DNA of 41,770 bases from Clostridia bacterium (GTDB lineage: Bacteria > Bacillota > Clostridia > Christensenellales > QALW01), in contig JAZSMS010000111.1 in assembly GCA_045536015.1 (NCBI GenBank), positions 1 to 41,770 on the forward strand, read 5' to 3'. The notes below the pieces were generated by a model that worked only from the letters and a program-made list of their open reading frames with translations, was not told the origin of the DNA and did not search any database. Below, piece by piece: positions 7,796 through 16,929 of the stretch (position 1 is the first letter of the stretch; every line of letters begins with the position of its first letter). Position numbers and translations under genes: made by a program.

Positions 7796-8969
7796 CAAGA
7801 TTACCTCCTACAATATTTTTGTACCTGTAAAAAACGTTCACATATTTAAGTGCGTTAAAATGCTCGTCGCTTTTAAGCTGAAAAAGCTGTTTGCCTACGT
7901 AGATATTAAGCTTGTTTCTACCAACAACCGAAAGTGCACTTATGTCGTCAAAAGCAAATTCCTGATTACCGACAACTATGCGATTGCCGTAAAGCAAAAC
8001 GTCGGCGTCTTTTAAAATCAGATTGCGTGTTTTATAAATAATTATTTCAAAAAAATTTGCTTTATCACAATATAATGCATCCTGCGTAAACTTTGTAACG
8101 TCAAGTGAGTTCACAAACTTTTTTTGATAATCGTACCACTCGGTTACAAATTTAAACGGGAATTCGCAATTTTTTCCGTTTAGAGTTTTGTCAGTGTTAT
8201 ACAAAACAGTCTTTCCGCATTTTTGGCAAGAACATTCGTTACCCTTGCTAAAGAAGGTAGAAAGTCCGCAATCGGGGCAAACGTACATTGCGCGCTCTAA
8301 AAATTCGGCGCGTTTGTTTGATAAAAACTCGCCCGTAACCTGACCTTCGTCAATAAACAATTCTTTTTGAATAACCTGATAAAGCTCGTCGTTCGACATT
8401 TTTTTTACGTCTTCGGGGTCAATAACCTTGTGGACGTAGGCTTGCATTTTGCCCTTGCGCAAGCAATCGCTCCACCGTGGATGTACGCCGTAGCCACCAC
8501 GAATATGAAAAATGGCTATCGGCAAGCCTAACTTTTTTGCAAGAGGAGCAATAGCAGAGCTCATATATTCGGTCTTTCCGCTATAAGTGCGGTTGCCTTC
8601 GGGAGCTATGGCTATCGTTCCACCTTCAGAGGCAACGCGAAGGCAGTTCATTACCGCTTTAATATCAGTTGCCTGCTTTTTGATCGGTATAGGTGCGACT
8701 ATAAAGCGGATAAGTGAAGAAACCCAACCTTTTGAAAACAAGTCTTCGCTTGCAACGTAGTAAACGGGCCCCGAAAATGCACAGCCGACAAAAAATTGGT
8801 CAAAAGCTGTTTGATGATTATATAAAATAAGATAGGGGCGTTTTTGCTGCGCGGTAAATTTTTCAATTTTAATACCGTATTTTATGCGGCAGTAAGGGTA
8901 TAAAACCCAGTAAGCAATATTCCGCACAAGGCGGTGGCGCGGACGCGTCCATTTTTTTTGTTTGCTCAT
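7773..8969 (-). CDS. Lysophospholipid/1-acylglycerol-3-phosphate acyltransferase family protein (PlsC-like) with a C-terminal zinc-ribbon domain
   Basis: HX4D motif 'NHQTAFD' and 'IAPEGNRT' motif. The C-terminal ~190 aa contain 'CPDC-x12-CSCQKC'. It overlaps the downstream symporter start by 23 nt. Confidence 0.75.
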   Translation of the reverse strand: MSKQKKWTRPRHRLVRNIAYWVLYPYCRIKYGIKIEKFTAQQKRPYLILYNHQTAFDQFFVGCAFSGPVYYVASEDLFSKGWVSSLIRFIVAPIPIKKQATDIKAVMNCLRVASEGGTIAIAPEGNRTYSGKTEYMSSAIAPLAKKLGLPIAIFHIRGGYGVHPRWSDCLRKGKMQAYVHKVIDPEDVKKMSNDELYQVIQKELFIDEGQVTGEFLSNKRAEFLERAMYVCPDCGLSTFFSKGNECSCQKCGKTVLYNTDKTLNGKNCEFPFKFVTEWYDYQKKFVNSLDVTKFTQDALYCDKANFFEIIIYKTRNLILKDADVLLYGNRIVVGNQEFAFDDISALSVVGRNKLNIYVGKQLFQLKSDEHFNALKYVNVFYRYKNIVGGNLDGEFLGL

Positions 8970-9073
8970 AAAAAATTACCTTCTATATAAAATAATAACA
9001 ATTTATTATAGCACACAATATTAAAATTATCAATTGCTCAAAATGAAAATTTGGAGAAAAATGTTGTAAAGCG

Positions 9074-9102
9074 TTGACAACCCTAAAAGATAATGATATT
9101 CT
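9074..9102 (+). promoter_or_regulatory. Sigma-A-type promoter for HAD hydrolase gene
   Basis: TTGACA, 17-nt spacer, TATTCT. Confidence 0.4.
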
Positions 9103-9135
9103 ACTTTTATTATAAACGGAAGGTAATTAAGTAAG

Positions 9136-9843
9136 ATGAGTATTAAAGCAGTGCTTTTTGATTTAGACGGAACTCTGCTGCCTATGGACCAAGAACAGTT
9201 TGTTAAAGCATACTTTGGAGGAATAAGCAAAAAGCTTTCTGCCTATGGGTACGAGCCTGACGCCTTAATAAAGACGATTTGGGGCGGTACTGAAAAAATG
9301 ATAAAAAATGACGGTAGCAAGACAAACGAACAAGCTTTTTGGGAATTTTTTACAAGCGCTTATGGTGAGGAAGCTAAAAAAGATATTCCTTATTTTGATG
9401 ATTTTTATAAAAATGAGTTTAATCAAGTAAAGCAAATTTGCGGGTTTTCAAAAAAATCAAAGCAGATAATAGAAGTCTTAAAGCAAAAGGGAATCCCTGC
9501 CATATTGGCAACTAATCCTATTTTTCCTGCTGTTGCGACTGAGGCAAGAATATCGTGGGCGGGACTGAATAAAGACGATTTTTTATTTTATACAACGTAC
9601 GAAAACATAAATTATTGCAAGCCTAATTTAAAATATTATATTGAGGTAGCATCCCGCGCAAAGGTAGAGCCAAGCGAGTGCTTAATGATAGGTAACGACG
9701 TTAATGATGATATGCCTGCGAAAAAAACGGGTATGCAAACGTTTTTGCTTACAGAAAATCTTATAAACAAAAGTAATACCGATATAAACAATTTTGCACA
9801 CGGTAATTTTGATAAGCTTTTAGAGTTTATAAAGGCTATTTAA
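9136..9843 (+). CDS. HAD-superfamily hydrolase
   Basis: Motif I 'LFDLDGTL' at the N-terminus and motif IV 'GNDVNDD' near the C-terminus. Confidence 0.8.
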   Translation: MSIKAVLFDLDGTLLPMDQEQFVKAYFGGISKKLSAYGYEPDALIKTIWGGTEKMIKNDGSKTNEQAFWEFFTSAYGEEAKKDIPYFDDFYKNEFNQVKQICGFSKKSKQIIEVLKQKGIPAILATNPIFPAVATEARISWAGLNKDDFLFYTTYENINYCKPNLKYYIEVASRAKVEPSECLMIGNDVNDDMPAKKTGMQTFLLTENLINKSNTDINNFAHGNFDKLLEFIKAI

Positions 9844-9998
9844 AGCTTAATTCTACTGACGGTAGAGAAGAAAATAAATATCTACCGAAGAAAATTCAAA
9901 AGTATAATTTAAAAAAGCTAAAGTAGCGTGATAAAAAAAGAATATGCTTATATAATTTAACCAAATTGTTATAACCAATAAAACGTGGAGGAAAAATT

Positions 9999-10829
9999 AT
10001 GAGCATAAAAATAGTAGCCGATTCGGCGGCAGATTTAATCAGCTTGCAAAACGTTAAGTTTGAAGCGGTTCCGCTTAAAATAATAACCGAAGACGAAGAG
10101 TTTGTTGACGATGAAAATCTTGACACAAAGCTAATGGTAGAAAAATTGCTTGCGTACAGGGGAAAATCTTCAAGCTCATGCCCGAATGCTGACGATTGGC
10201 TTAATGCGTTTGGAGATGCAACGGAGATATACTGCGTTGCTATAACGGGCACGCTTTCGGGTAGTTATAACTCGGCGTGTATGGCAAAGCAGATGTATCT
10301 TGAAAAAAATCCTTCTGCAAAGGTGTTTGTACTTAACAGCCTTTCTGCAGGCCCCGAAATGACTATAATAGTTAAAAAAATCGAGCAGTTTATTTCCGAA
10401 GGCAAATGCTTTGAAGAAGTTTGCATGCAAATTGAAGAATATTCGCGCAATACGGGCTTATTGTTTATGCTTGAATCAATGCAGAATTTTGCTAATAACG
10501 GAAGGGTAAAGCCCTCGGTAGCAAAGATTGCGGGATTGCTGGGGATTCGTGTTGTGGGCAAGGCAAGCGATAAGGGAGATTTAGAGCCGCTTGACAAGTG
10601 CCGAGGCGAAGAAAAAGCACTTAAGACGATAGTCAAGCATTTAAAAAATAATGGTTTAAAAACGGGAAAGGTTCAGATAGCGCACTGCTTTAATGCTAAT
10701 GCGGCATCAGCCCTTGCAGAGCTCATTAAAAACGAGATTAACTGCCAGGTGGAAATTTCTGCTTTGCGTGGACTTTGCAGTTTTTATGCCGAAAAGGGCG
10801 GCTTGCTTGTAGGTTACGAAAAATTTTAA
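9999..10829 (+). CDS. DegV-family fatty-acid-binding protein (FakB-like)
   Basis: 'MSIKIVADSAADL' N-terminus and a ~276-aa length typical of the DegV family. SD GGAGG is present. Confidence 0.8.
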   Translation: MSIKIVADSAADLISLQNVKFEAVPLKIITEDEEFVDDENLDTKLMVEKLLAYRGKSSSSCPNADDWLNAFGDATEIYCVAITGTLSGSYNSACMAKQMYLEKNPSAKVFVLNSLSAGPEMTIIVKKIEQFISEGKCFEEVCMQIEEYSRNTGLLFMLESMQNFANNGRVKPSVAKIAGLLGIRVVGKASDKGDLEPLDKCRGEEKALKTIVKHLKNNGLKTGKVQIAHCFNANAASALAELIKNEINCQVEISALRGLCSFYAEKGGLLVGYEKF

Positions 10830-10841
10830 AAACGAAAAAAT

Positions 10842-10873
10842 AAAAAAGGCAACGTTTTTACGTTGCCTTTTAT
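10842..10873. terminator. Bidirectional terminator between degV-like gene and gap
   Basis: Stem ggcaacg/cgttgcc with a 6-nt loop, an A-run upstream and a T-run downstream. Confidence 0.85.
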
Positions 10874-10887
10874 TATTTAGCTAAAGA

Positions 10888-11916
10888 TTAAAGCTCTGCA
10901 AAATACTTGATTGTGCGAACCATCTGGCTGGTGTAGGAGTTTTCGTTGTCATACCACGAAACAACCTGTACCTGATAGGTGTCTTCATCAATCTTTGCAA
11001 CCATGGTCTGAGTTGCATCAAAGAGTGAACCGTAACGCATACCGATAACGTCTGACGAAACGATCTGCTCCTCGTTGTAACCAAACGACTCTGAAGCAGC
11101 AGCCTTCATAGCAGCATTGATACCCTCTTTGGTTACGTTTGCGCCCTTAACAACTGCTACTAAAAGAGTTGTTGAACCTGTGCAGGTGGGAACGCGCTGT
11201 GCCGAACCGATAAGTTTGCCGTTAAGCTCGGGGATAACAAGGCCGATAGCCTTTGCAGCACCTGTTGAGTTGGGAACGATGTTCTGTGCGCCTGCGCGAG
11301 CACGACGAAGGTCGCCCTTGCGGTGAGGACCGTCAAGAATCATCTGGTCGCCGGTGTAAGCGTGAACAGTTGTCATGATACCTGACTGGATAGGTGCATA
11401 ATCGTTAAGAGCCTTTGCCATAGGAGCAAGGCAGTTAGTGGTGCACGAAGCAGCCGAAATGATCTGATCTTCTGCGGTAAGAGTATCGTTGTTTACCGAG
11501 AAAACGATGGTTTTAAGATCGTTACCTGCGGGAGCCGAGATAACAACCTTCTTTGCGCCTGCGTTGATATGAGCCATTGACTTTTCTTCTGAGCAATAGA
11601 AGCCTGTGCACTCTAAAACAACGTCAACGTCTAAAGCACCCCAGGGGCAGTCGTTAGCGTCCTTGCAAGCATAAATTTTAATTTCTTTTCCGTCAACGAT
11701 GATGGAATCTTCGGTAGCTTCTACGGTGTGCTTGTTCTCACCGAGATAGCCAAGGTACGAACCCTGTGCTGTATCGTATTTAAGAAGGTGTGCAAGCATA
11801 TCAGGGCTTGTAAGATCGTTGATAGCAACTACCTCATAACCTTCTGCACCGAACATCTGACGGAATGCAAGACGACCGATACGACCGAAACCGTTAATAG
11901 CAACTTTTACTGACAT
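10888..11916 (-). CDS. gap: Type I glyceraldehyde-3-phosphate dehydrogenase
   Basis: '[17 protein letters not shown]' and the active site '[12 protein letters not shown]'. Start set at MSVK, which has GGAGG 8 nt upstream. The tracked upstream ATG overlaps that SD. Confidence 0.95.
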   Translation of the reverse strand: MSVKVAINGFGRIGRLAFRQMFGAEGYEVVAINDLTSPDMLAHLLKYDTAQGSYLGYLGENKHTVEATEDSIIVDGKEIKIYACKDANDCPWGALDVDVVLECTGFYCSEEKSMAHINAGAKKVVISAPAGNDLKTIVFSVNNDTLTAEDQIISAASCTTNCLAPMAKALNDYAPIQSGIMTTVHAYTGDQMILDGPHRKGDLRRARAGAQNIVPNSTGAAKAIGLVIPELNGKLIGSAQRVPTCTGSTTLLVAVVKGANVTKEGINAAMKAAASESFGYNEEQIVSSDVIGMRYGSLFDATQTMVAKIDEDTYQVQVVSWYDNENSYTSQMVRTIKYFAEL

Positions 11917-12123
11917 TATGATTTCCTCCAAAAAAATATTTTATTTTTTACTGTATTATTTTATACCAATATTTGTTTTTTAGCAAGCGAATAATTACTT
12001 TTATTTTTGCAAAATAATAAAAAAATTTTTAAAAAAATTTTTGTAGGCGTTATAATCGTTTAAAACGTCCCTAAAACAATGGGTTTTAAGTAAAAAGGCA
12101 ACGATTTTAACAAAAAGGGGTAC

Positions 12124-12151
12124 TTGCTTTTTTTTAAAAATATGATACAAT
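12124..12151 (+). promoter_or_regulatory. Sigma-A-type promoter for polC
   Basis: TTGCTT, 16-nt spacer, TGaTACAAT (extended -10), 27 nt upstream of the ATG. Confidence 0.45.
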
Positions 12152-12178
12152 AATGGCTACAAAATTTGGAGAAAAAAT

Positions 12179-15100
12179 ATGTCGGTAACCTTATCTAAAC
12201 AAAATTCAAAATTTATGCTTGCGCTTGAAAATGCGCTTGATAAAACGGTGATTGAATTGCTTGAGTTTGAAAAAGCAGTTATTTCAGATTCGGGCAGCCA
12301 GTGGCAAATCTATTTTAATTCGGTTTGCCAGCTTGATGATGCAAAATATTCGGCTTTAAAGCAAGCAGTAAAAAAGATAGTTCCGCCCTTGGTAGAGGTG
12401 GAACTTTTTGTGCGCGTAGAAGCACCGACGCAAGCATTAGAAGAGCCCGACTTTGACGATGTTCCGCTTCCTGAAGAAGCGCCCGAGGAAAATGAAGAGC
12501 TTCCGCAAGAAGAAATTCCAACCGTGCTGGAGCAGGATACATTAACACCCGAGGAAAGATATAAAAGGCGAATGGAACAGCTTACGCGCGAAGCGGCAAA
12601 AAACGCAAAGCCCTCTGCAAAGCCGGCATCCAAAAAGCGCGGTATTAAGAGTGTTTCTGCTGACGGAATAGCACTTTACGGCAAAGATTTTTCACCTAAA
12701 AAGATAACGCCTATAAACGAAATTGACGATTTTACGCGCTTTGTTACAATAGAGGGCGACGTTATAGGCAGTGATATTATTACCTATAAATCAGGTAAGG
12801 GAATAATTTTTACCTTTAACGTAACCGACTACACCTCGTCGATAACCTGCAAACTCTTTGCGCTTTCTGAGCAGGCGGACGAACTTTTAGAAAAAATAAG
12901 CGGGCATATTATTGTTCAGGGTACTTGCTCGTTTGATACGTTTGCAAGCGAATTGACTATAAATCCCAAGGCAATAAAAAAAGCGCCCGCGCCAAAAGAG
13001 CAAACCGATAACGCACCGGTAAAGCGAGTAGAGCTGCACCTTCATACAAAAATGAGTCAGATGGACGGCGTGCTTGACGTTTCAAAGCTTTTAAAGCTTA
13101 TGAAAAAGTACGGACACGATACCGTTGCACTTACCGACCACGGTGTTGTTCAGGCGTTTCCTGATATGGAAGCGGCAATAGCCAAGCAAAAGATGAATGA
13201 CGTAAAAATAATTTTCGGTACCGAGGGCTATTTGCTTAACGACGACCCTGTGCTTGAGCTTGGTGAAAATAAAAAACTGCGCGAGCTAAAATATTGCGTA
13301 TATTCAATTTCTACAACGGGCGAAAGCGTTTTAACAGATAGCATCATCGAGATAGGTGCCTGTATTTTTGATAACGGTGCTTTGCAAGAGCAAACGTTTT
13401 ATTCGCTAGTTAATCCGCACCGCGATATTGATGAGTCACAGTACGAAAATATTTCTAACGCCGCGCTTTCGGCTGCACCTGACATTGATGCAGTAATAAA
13501 GGCGTTCTGGCAGTTTGCGCAGGGTTGTGTATTAGTTTCGCACGAAAGTACAAAAACTATGCCGTTTATACTTAAAGCCGGTGACGATGCAAAAGTAAAA
13601 ACAGAGAGCGCGTCGGTAGATACGCTCAGAGTTTCGCGCGAGCTTATTTCTACTATTAAAAGCGGAAAGTTTAATAAAGTTTGCGACGCGCTTGATATTA
13701 AAACGGGTGAGATTGAAAACGCGCTTAAAAAAGCCGAGCTTACGGCGGTTATATGGCGCAAATTGCTAGAGCATCTCGAATCGTTTAACGTTTTTACGGT
13801 AGACGAATTTAATAAAAAATTAGACAGCGATGCAGGTAGTCGCTATCACATAATAATAATTGCAAAAAACAAGGTGGGACTTAAAAATCTTTACACGCTT
13901 GTTACCGAGTCACACCTTCATCATCTTCGCCGCAAGCGTCCGCAAATACCGCGCTCGTTATTAAAAAAGCATCGCGAAGGGCTTATAATTGCCTCGGCCT
14001 GCGAAGCGGGTGAACTTTTTAGGGCGATAGTTTCGGGAGCAAATGACGAAAAATTAAAGCAGATAGCATCGTTTTACGATTATCTTGAGGTTCAGCCACT
14101 TGGTAATAATGAATTTATGCTTCGCGAAGGCTTGGTTTCTTCGCGCGAGCAGCTTATTGACCTTAACAAAAAGGTGATTTGGCTTGGCGAAGAGCTTAAT
14201 ATTCCCGTTATAGCAACGGGCGACGTGCATTATCTTCTAAAGCGCGATGCAATTTACCGAAGCATTATTCAGTGTGCCGAGGGTTATTCCGATGCCGATA
14301 AGCAAGCCCCTCTTTATTACAGAACTACCGAGGAGATGCTTGATGAGTTTTACTATCTTGACGAGAAAAAGAGATACGAGATAGTTGTTGAAAATACTCG
14401 TGCGCTTGCTGCCCAGTGCGAAAAAATGGAATCGTTCCCACGCGACAGACTTTATACGCCCACGATGGAAAATGCCGAGGAAGACCTTAGACAAATGTGC
14501 TTTGAAAAGGCGTATAAAATGTACGGAAATCCGCTGCCTGAAATTGTTCAAAAGCGCCTTGATAAAGAGATAAATTCTATTATAAATAACGGCTACGCAG
14601 TGCTTTATCTAATTGCTCACAAGGTCGTTAAAAAGTCTAACTCCGATGGCTATATGGTAGGCTCTCGAGGAAGTGTAGGCTCTTCTTTTGCCGCAACAAT
14701 GGCGGATATAACCGAGGTTAACCCTCTTACACCGCACTACTTGTGTCCCGAGTGTCAGTATAGTGATTTTGATATTGATCTGTCGCAATACGACTGCGGA
14801 ATTGACCTTCCGCACAAAAAATGCCCCAAATGCTCTCACGAGCTTTTGCGCCTTGGCTTTAACATTCCTTTTGAAGTGTTTATGGGCTTTAACGGCGATA
14901 AGGTTCCGGATATTGACCTTAACTTCTCGGGTGTTTATCAGCCCGAGGTACATAAGTATATTGAAGAATTGTTTGGTGAAAAGTACGTGTTCCGCGCAGG
15001 AACTATCGGCGGTGTTGCCGATAAAACTGCAATAGGCTACACTAAAAAATACTGCGAGGAATATTCGCTTGCCCGTCCGCGAAAGGCAGAACTTGAACGT

Positions 15101-16336
15101 TTAGCCTCTGGCTGCATTGACGTTAAGCGCACTACCGGTCAACACGCAGGCGGTGTAGTTATTGTTCCTAAAGAATACGATATAAACGAGTTTACTCCCT
15201 TGCAGTATCCTGCAAACGATCCCGAAGCAGGCGTAATAACCACGCACTTTACGTTTAACTCACTTCACGATACTTTGCTTAAAGCCGATATTTTAGGTCA
15301 CGACGACCCGACTGTAATACGTATGCTTGAAGATTTAACGGGCGTTAATGCAAAAGAAGTTCCGCTTGACGATCCTGGCGTTATGAGCTTGTTCTTGTCA
15401 ACCAAGGCGCTTGGAATTTCCGAAGAAGAGCTTGGCACAAAGACGGGTACGTTTGGAATTCCTGAATTCGGTACGGCTTTTACTAGAAAAATGCTTGAAA
15501 AAACCAAGCCAAAGACATTCTCGGACCTTGTAAAGATTTCGGGACTTTCACACGGAACTGACGTTTGGACCAACAATGCCGAAAGACTTATTGACGAAAA
15601 TATTGTACCTATCAGCAAGTGTATCTGTACGCGTGAGGATATTATGAATAACCTTATCCAGTACGGCGTGGAGCAGTTTGCGGCGTTTGATACGATGGAA
15701 AAGGTAAGAAAGGGTAAGGGTATACCCGAGAAGTATTTAGAAGAAATTCGTGCACACGGTATTCCTGAGTGGTTTATTGAATCTTGTAACCTGATCAAGT
15801 ATATGTTCCCTAAAGCTCACGCCGCGGCATACGTTACAACTGCACTTCGTATTGCGTGGTTTAAGGTCTATAAGCCGCATCAGTACTATGCAACGTACTT
15901 CTCGGTGCGCGCAGACGATTTTGAGGTAAGCCTTGCACAAAAGGATAAAGAAGAAATCAAGCAGCTTATTGCCCAGTACCGAGCTATTCCCAAGCCTAAC
16001 CCGCGCGAAAAGGGCATAATAGTAATGCTTGAGATAGTGCTTGAAATGAAACTGCGCGGTATAGAGTTTACAAATATCGACATTTATCTTTCGGATGCAA
16101 CAAAGTTTACTATAACCGAGGATAATTTGATTCGTCCCCCGCTTAATGCAGTTCCACAGCTTGGCGAAACGGCTGCACAGTCGATAGTGGATGCGCGAAA
16201 AATTGAGCCATTTAAATCGCAGGACGATTTGCTTTTGCGTACAAAGCTTTCTAACACGCTTATAAAATCGCTTGAAGATTGCGGATGTTTAAAAAATCTT
16301 CCTAAAAGTCAGCAGATAAGCATTTTTGACCTTTAA
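12179..16336 (+). CDS. polC: DNA polymerase III alpha subunit, PolC type (exonuclease motifs degenerate)
   Basis: 1385 aa, colinear with recalled B. subtilis PolC. Matches include PHP 'VELHLHTKMSQMDG', the embedded exonuclease-like insert, the zinc module 'CPECQ...CPKC', 'GSRGSVGSS', 'DIDLNFSG', 'KRTTGQHAGG', 'ILGHDDPTVIRML' and 'KYMFPKAHAAAY'. Confidence 0.95.
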   Translation: MSVTLSKQNSKFMLALENALDKTVIELLEFEKAVISDSGSQWQIYFNSVCQLDDAKYSALKQAVKKIVPPLVEVELFVRVEAPTQALEEPDFDDVPLPEEAPEENEELPQEEIPTVLEQDTLTPEERYKRRMEQLTREAAKNAKPSAKPASKKRGIKSVSADGIALYGKDFSPKKITPINEIDDFTRFVTIEGDVIGSDIITYKSGKGIIFTFNVTDYTSSITCKLFALSEQADELLEKISGHIIVQGTCSFDTFASELTINPKAIKKAPAPKEQTDNAPVKRVELHLHTKMSQMDGVLDVSKLLKLMKKYGHDTVALTDHGVVQAFPDMEAAIAKQKMNDVKIIFGTEGYLLNDDPVLELGENKKLRELKYCVYSISTTGESVLTDSIIEIGACIFDNGALQEQTFYSLVNPHRDIDESQYENISNAALSAAPDIDAVIKAFWQFAQGCVLVSHESTKTMPFILKAGDDAKVKTESASVDTLRVSRELISTIKSGKFNKVCDALDIKTGEIENALKKAELTAVIWRKLLEHLESFNVFTVDEFNKKLDSDAGSRYHIIIIAKNKVGLKNLYTLVTESHLHHLRRKRPQIPRSLLKKHREGLIIASACEAGELFRAIVSGANDEKLKQIASFYDYLEVQPLGNNEFMLREGLVSSREQLIDLNKKVIWLGEELNIPVIATGDVHYLLKRDAIYRSIIQCAEGYSDADKQAPLYYRTTEEMLDEFYYLDEKKRYEIVVENTRALAAQCEKMESFPRDRLYTPTMENAEEDLRQMCFEKAYKMYGNPLPEIVQKRLDKEINSIINNGYAVLYLIAHKVVKKSNSDGYMVGSRGSVGSSFAATMADITEVNPLTPHYLCPECQYSDFDIDLSQYDCGIDLPHKKCPKCSHELLRLGFNIPFEVFMGFNGDKVPDIDLNFSGVYQPEVHKYIEELFGEKYVFRAGTIGGVADKTAIGYTKKYCEEYSLARPRKAELERLASGCIDVKRTTGQHAGGVVIVPKEYDINEFTPLQYPANDPEAGVITTHFTFNSLHDTLLKADILGHDDPTVIRMLEDLTGVNAKEVPLDDPGVMSLFLSTKALGISEEELGTKTGTFGIPEFGTAFTRKMLEKTKPKTFSDLVKISGLSHGTDVWTNNAERLIDENIVPISKCICTREDIMNNLIQYGVEQFAAFDTMEKVRKGKGIPEKYLEEIRAHGIPEWFIESCNLIKYMFPKAHAAAYVTTALRIAWFKVYKPHQYYATYFSVRADDFEVSLAQKDKEEIKQLIAQYRAIPKPNPREKGIIVMLEIVLEMKLRGIEFTNIDIYLSDATKFTITEDNLIRPPLNAVPQLGETAAQSIVDARKIEPFKSQDDLLLRTKLSNTLIKSLEDCGCLKNLPKSQQISIFDL

Positions 16337-16356
16337 AAAATCAACAAAAAAATTGT

Positions 16357-16385
16357 TTGCATTTTTTAAACATGTATGATATTAT
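16357..16385 (+). promoter_or_regulatory. Sigma-A-type promoter of the rimP-nusA-infB operon
   Basis: TTGCAT, 17-nt spacer, TGaTATTAT (extended -10), located between the polC stop and the hairpin at 16411. Confidence 0.55.
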
Positions 16386-16410
16386 ATTTTTGTACTAATA
16401 CTTCTTATGT

Positions 16411-16444
16411 AAGAGTGGGCAGCAATTCCCACTCTTGCTTTTTG
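16411..16444 (+). terminator. Hairpin plus U-tract: polC terminator and/or leader attenuator of the nusA operon
   Basis: 9-bp stem aagagtggg/cccactctt with an 8-nt loop, then GCTTTTTG. It lies downstream of the predicted promoter and 19 nt upstream of the rimP ATG. Confidence 0.7.
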
Positions 16445-16462
16445 AAATAGGGGTGGAAATTT

Positions 16463-16912
16463 ATGTCAGTTGAAGAACTTGCTGCACGCGCGGCGTATCC
16501 CAAAATAGAAGAGCTTGGATTTGAGCCTGCCGACGTTGAATTTGTTAAAGAAGACGGCGATATGTGCTTAAAGTTTTATATCTGCTCGCCAACAGGTGTT
16601 GGCATTGAAGATTGTGAGGCTGTTTCTAAAGCAATCGATCCGATTGATGAAGAAGCTGATCCAACACAAGGCAAGCCCTATTGCCTTTGCGTAAGCTCAT
16701 GGGGCGACAGACCGTTAAAGAATGATGCCGACTTTAAGCGTAACTTAAATTTAGAGGTTGACGTGCGCCTTAAAAAAGCGGTAAGCGGCAAAAAGAAAAG
16801 ATTTGCAGGAACGCTTTTGGACTTTGATGAAGAAAAAATTACCGTGTTGGTTCAAGGGACCAAAACGGTTTTTGAAAAAGAAAATATTGATACGGTAAGA
16901 CCGTATTTTTAA
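16463..16912 (+). CDS. rimP: Ribosome maturation factor RimP
   Basis: 149 aa, in the conserved position directly upstream of nusA, with a RimP-like N-terminus 'IEELGFEPADVEFVKEDGDMCLKFYI'. Confidence 0.85.
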   Translation: MSVEELAARAAYPKIEELGFEPADVEFVKEDGDMCLKFYICSPTGVGIEDCEAVSKAIDPIDEEADPTQGKPYCLCVSSWGDRPLKNDADFKRNLNLEVDVRLKKAVSGKKKRFAGTLLDFDEEKITVLVQGTKTVFEKENIDTVRPYF

Positions 16913-16929
16913 GAAACGGAGAAAAAATA

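Noticed and set aside
11932-12178. Very AT-rich gap-polC intergenic region with A/T-run palindromes (e.g. aaaaaaatttttaaaaaaattttt)
   Set aside because: It is consistent with divergent promoter/UP-element DNA. I could support no repeat family, ORF or structured RNA there.
12310-12633. Antisense ORFs (107 aa and 77 aa, Ser/Gly/Ala-rich) opposite the polC N-terminus
   Set aside because: They are shadow frames of the Glu/Pro-rich acidic insert of PolC. They have low-complexity composition and no start context.
15298-15798. 166-aa antisense ORF inside polC, plus others at 13399-13761 and 14609-14953
   Set aside because: They lie entirely within a strongly supported CDS on the opposite strand, with no SD and Ser-rich shadow composition.
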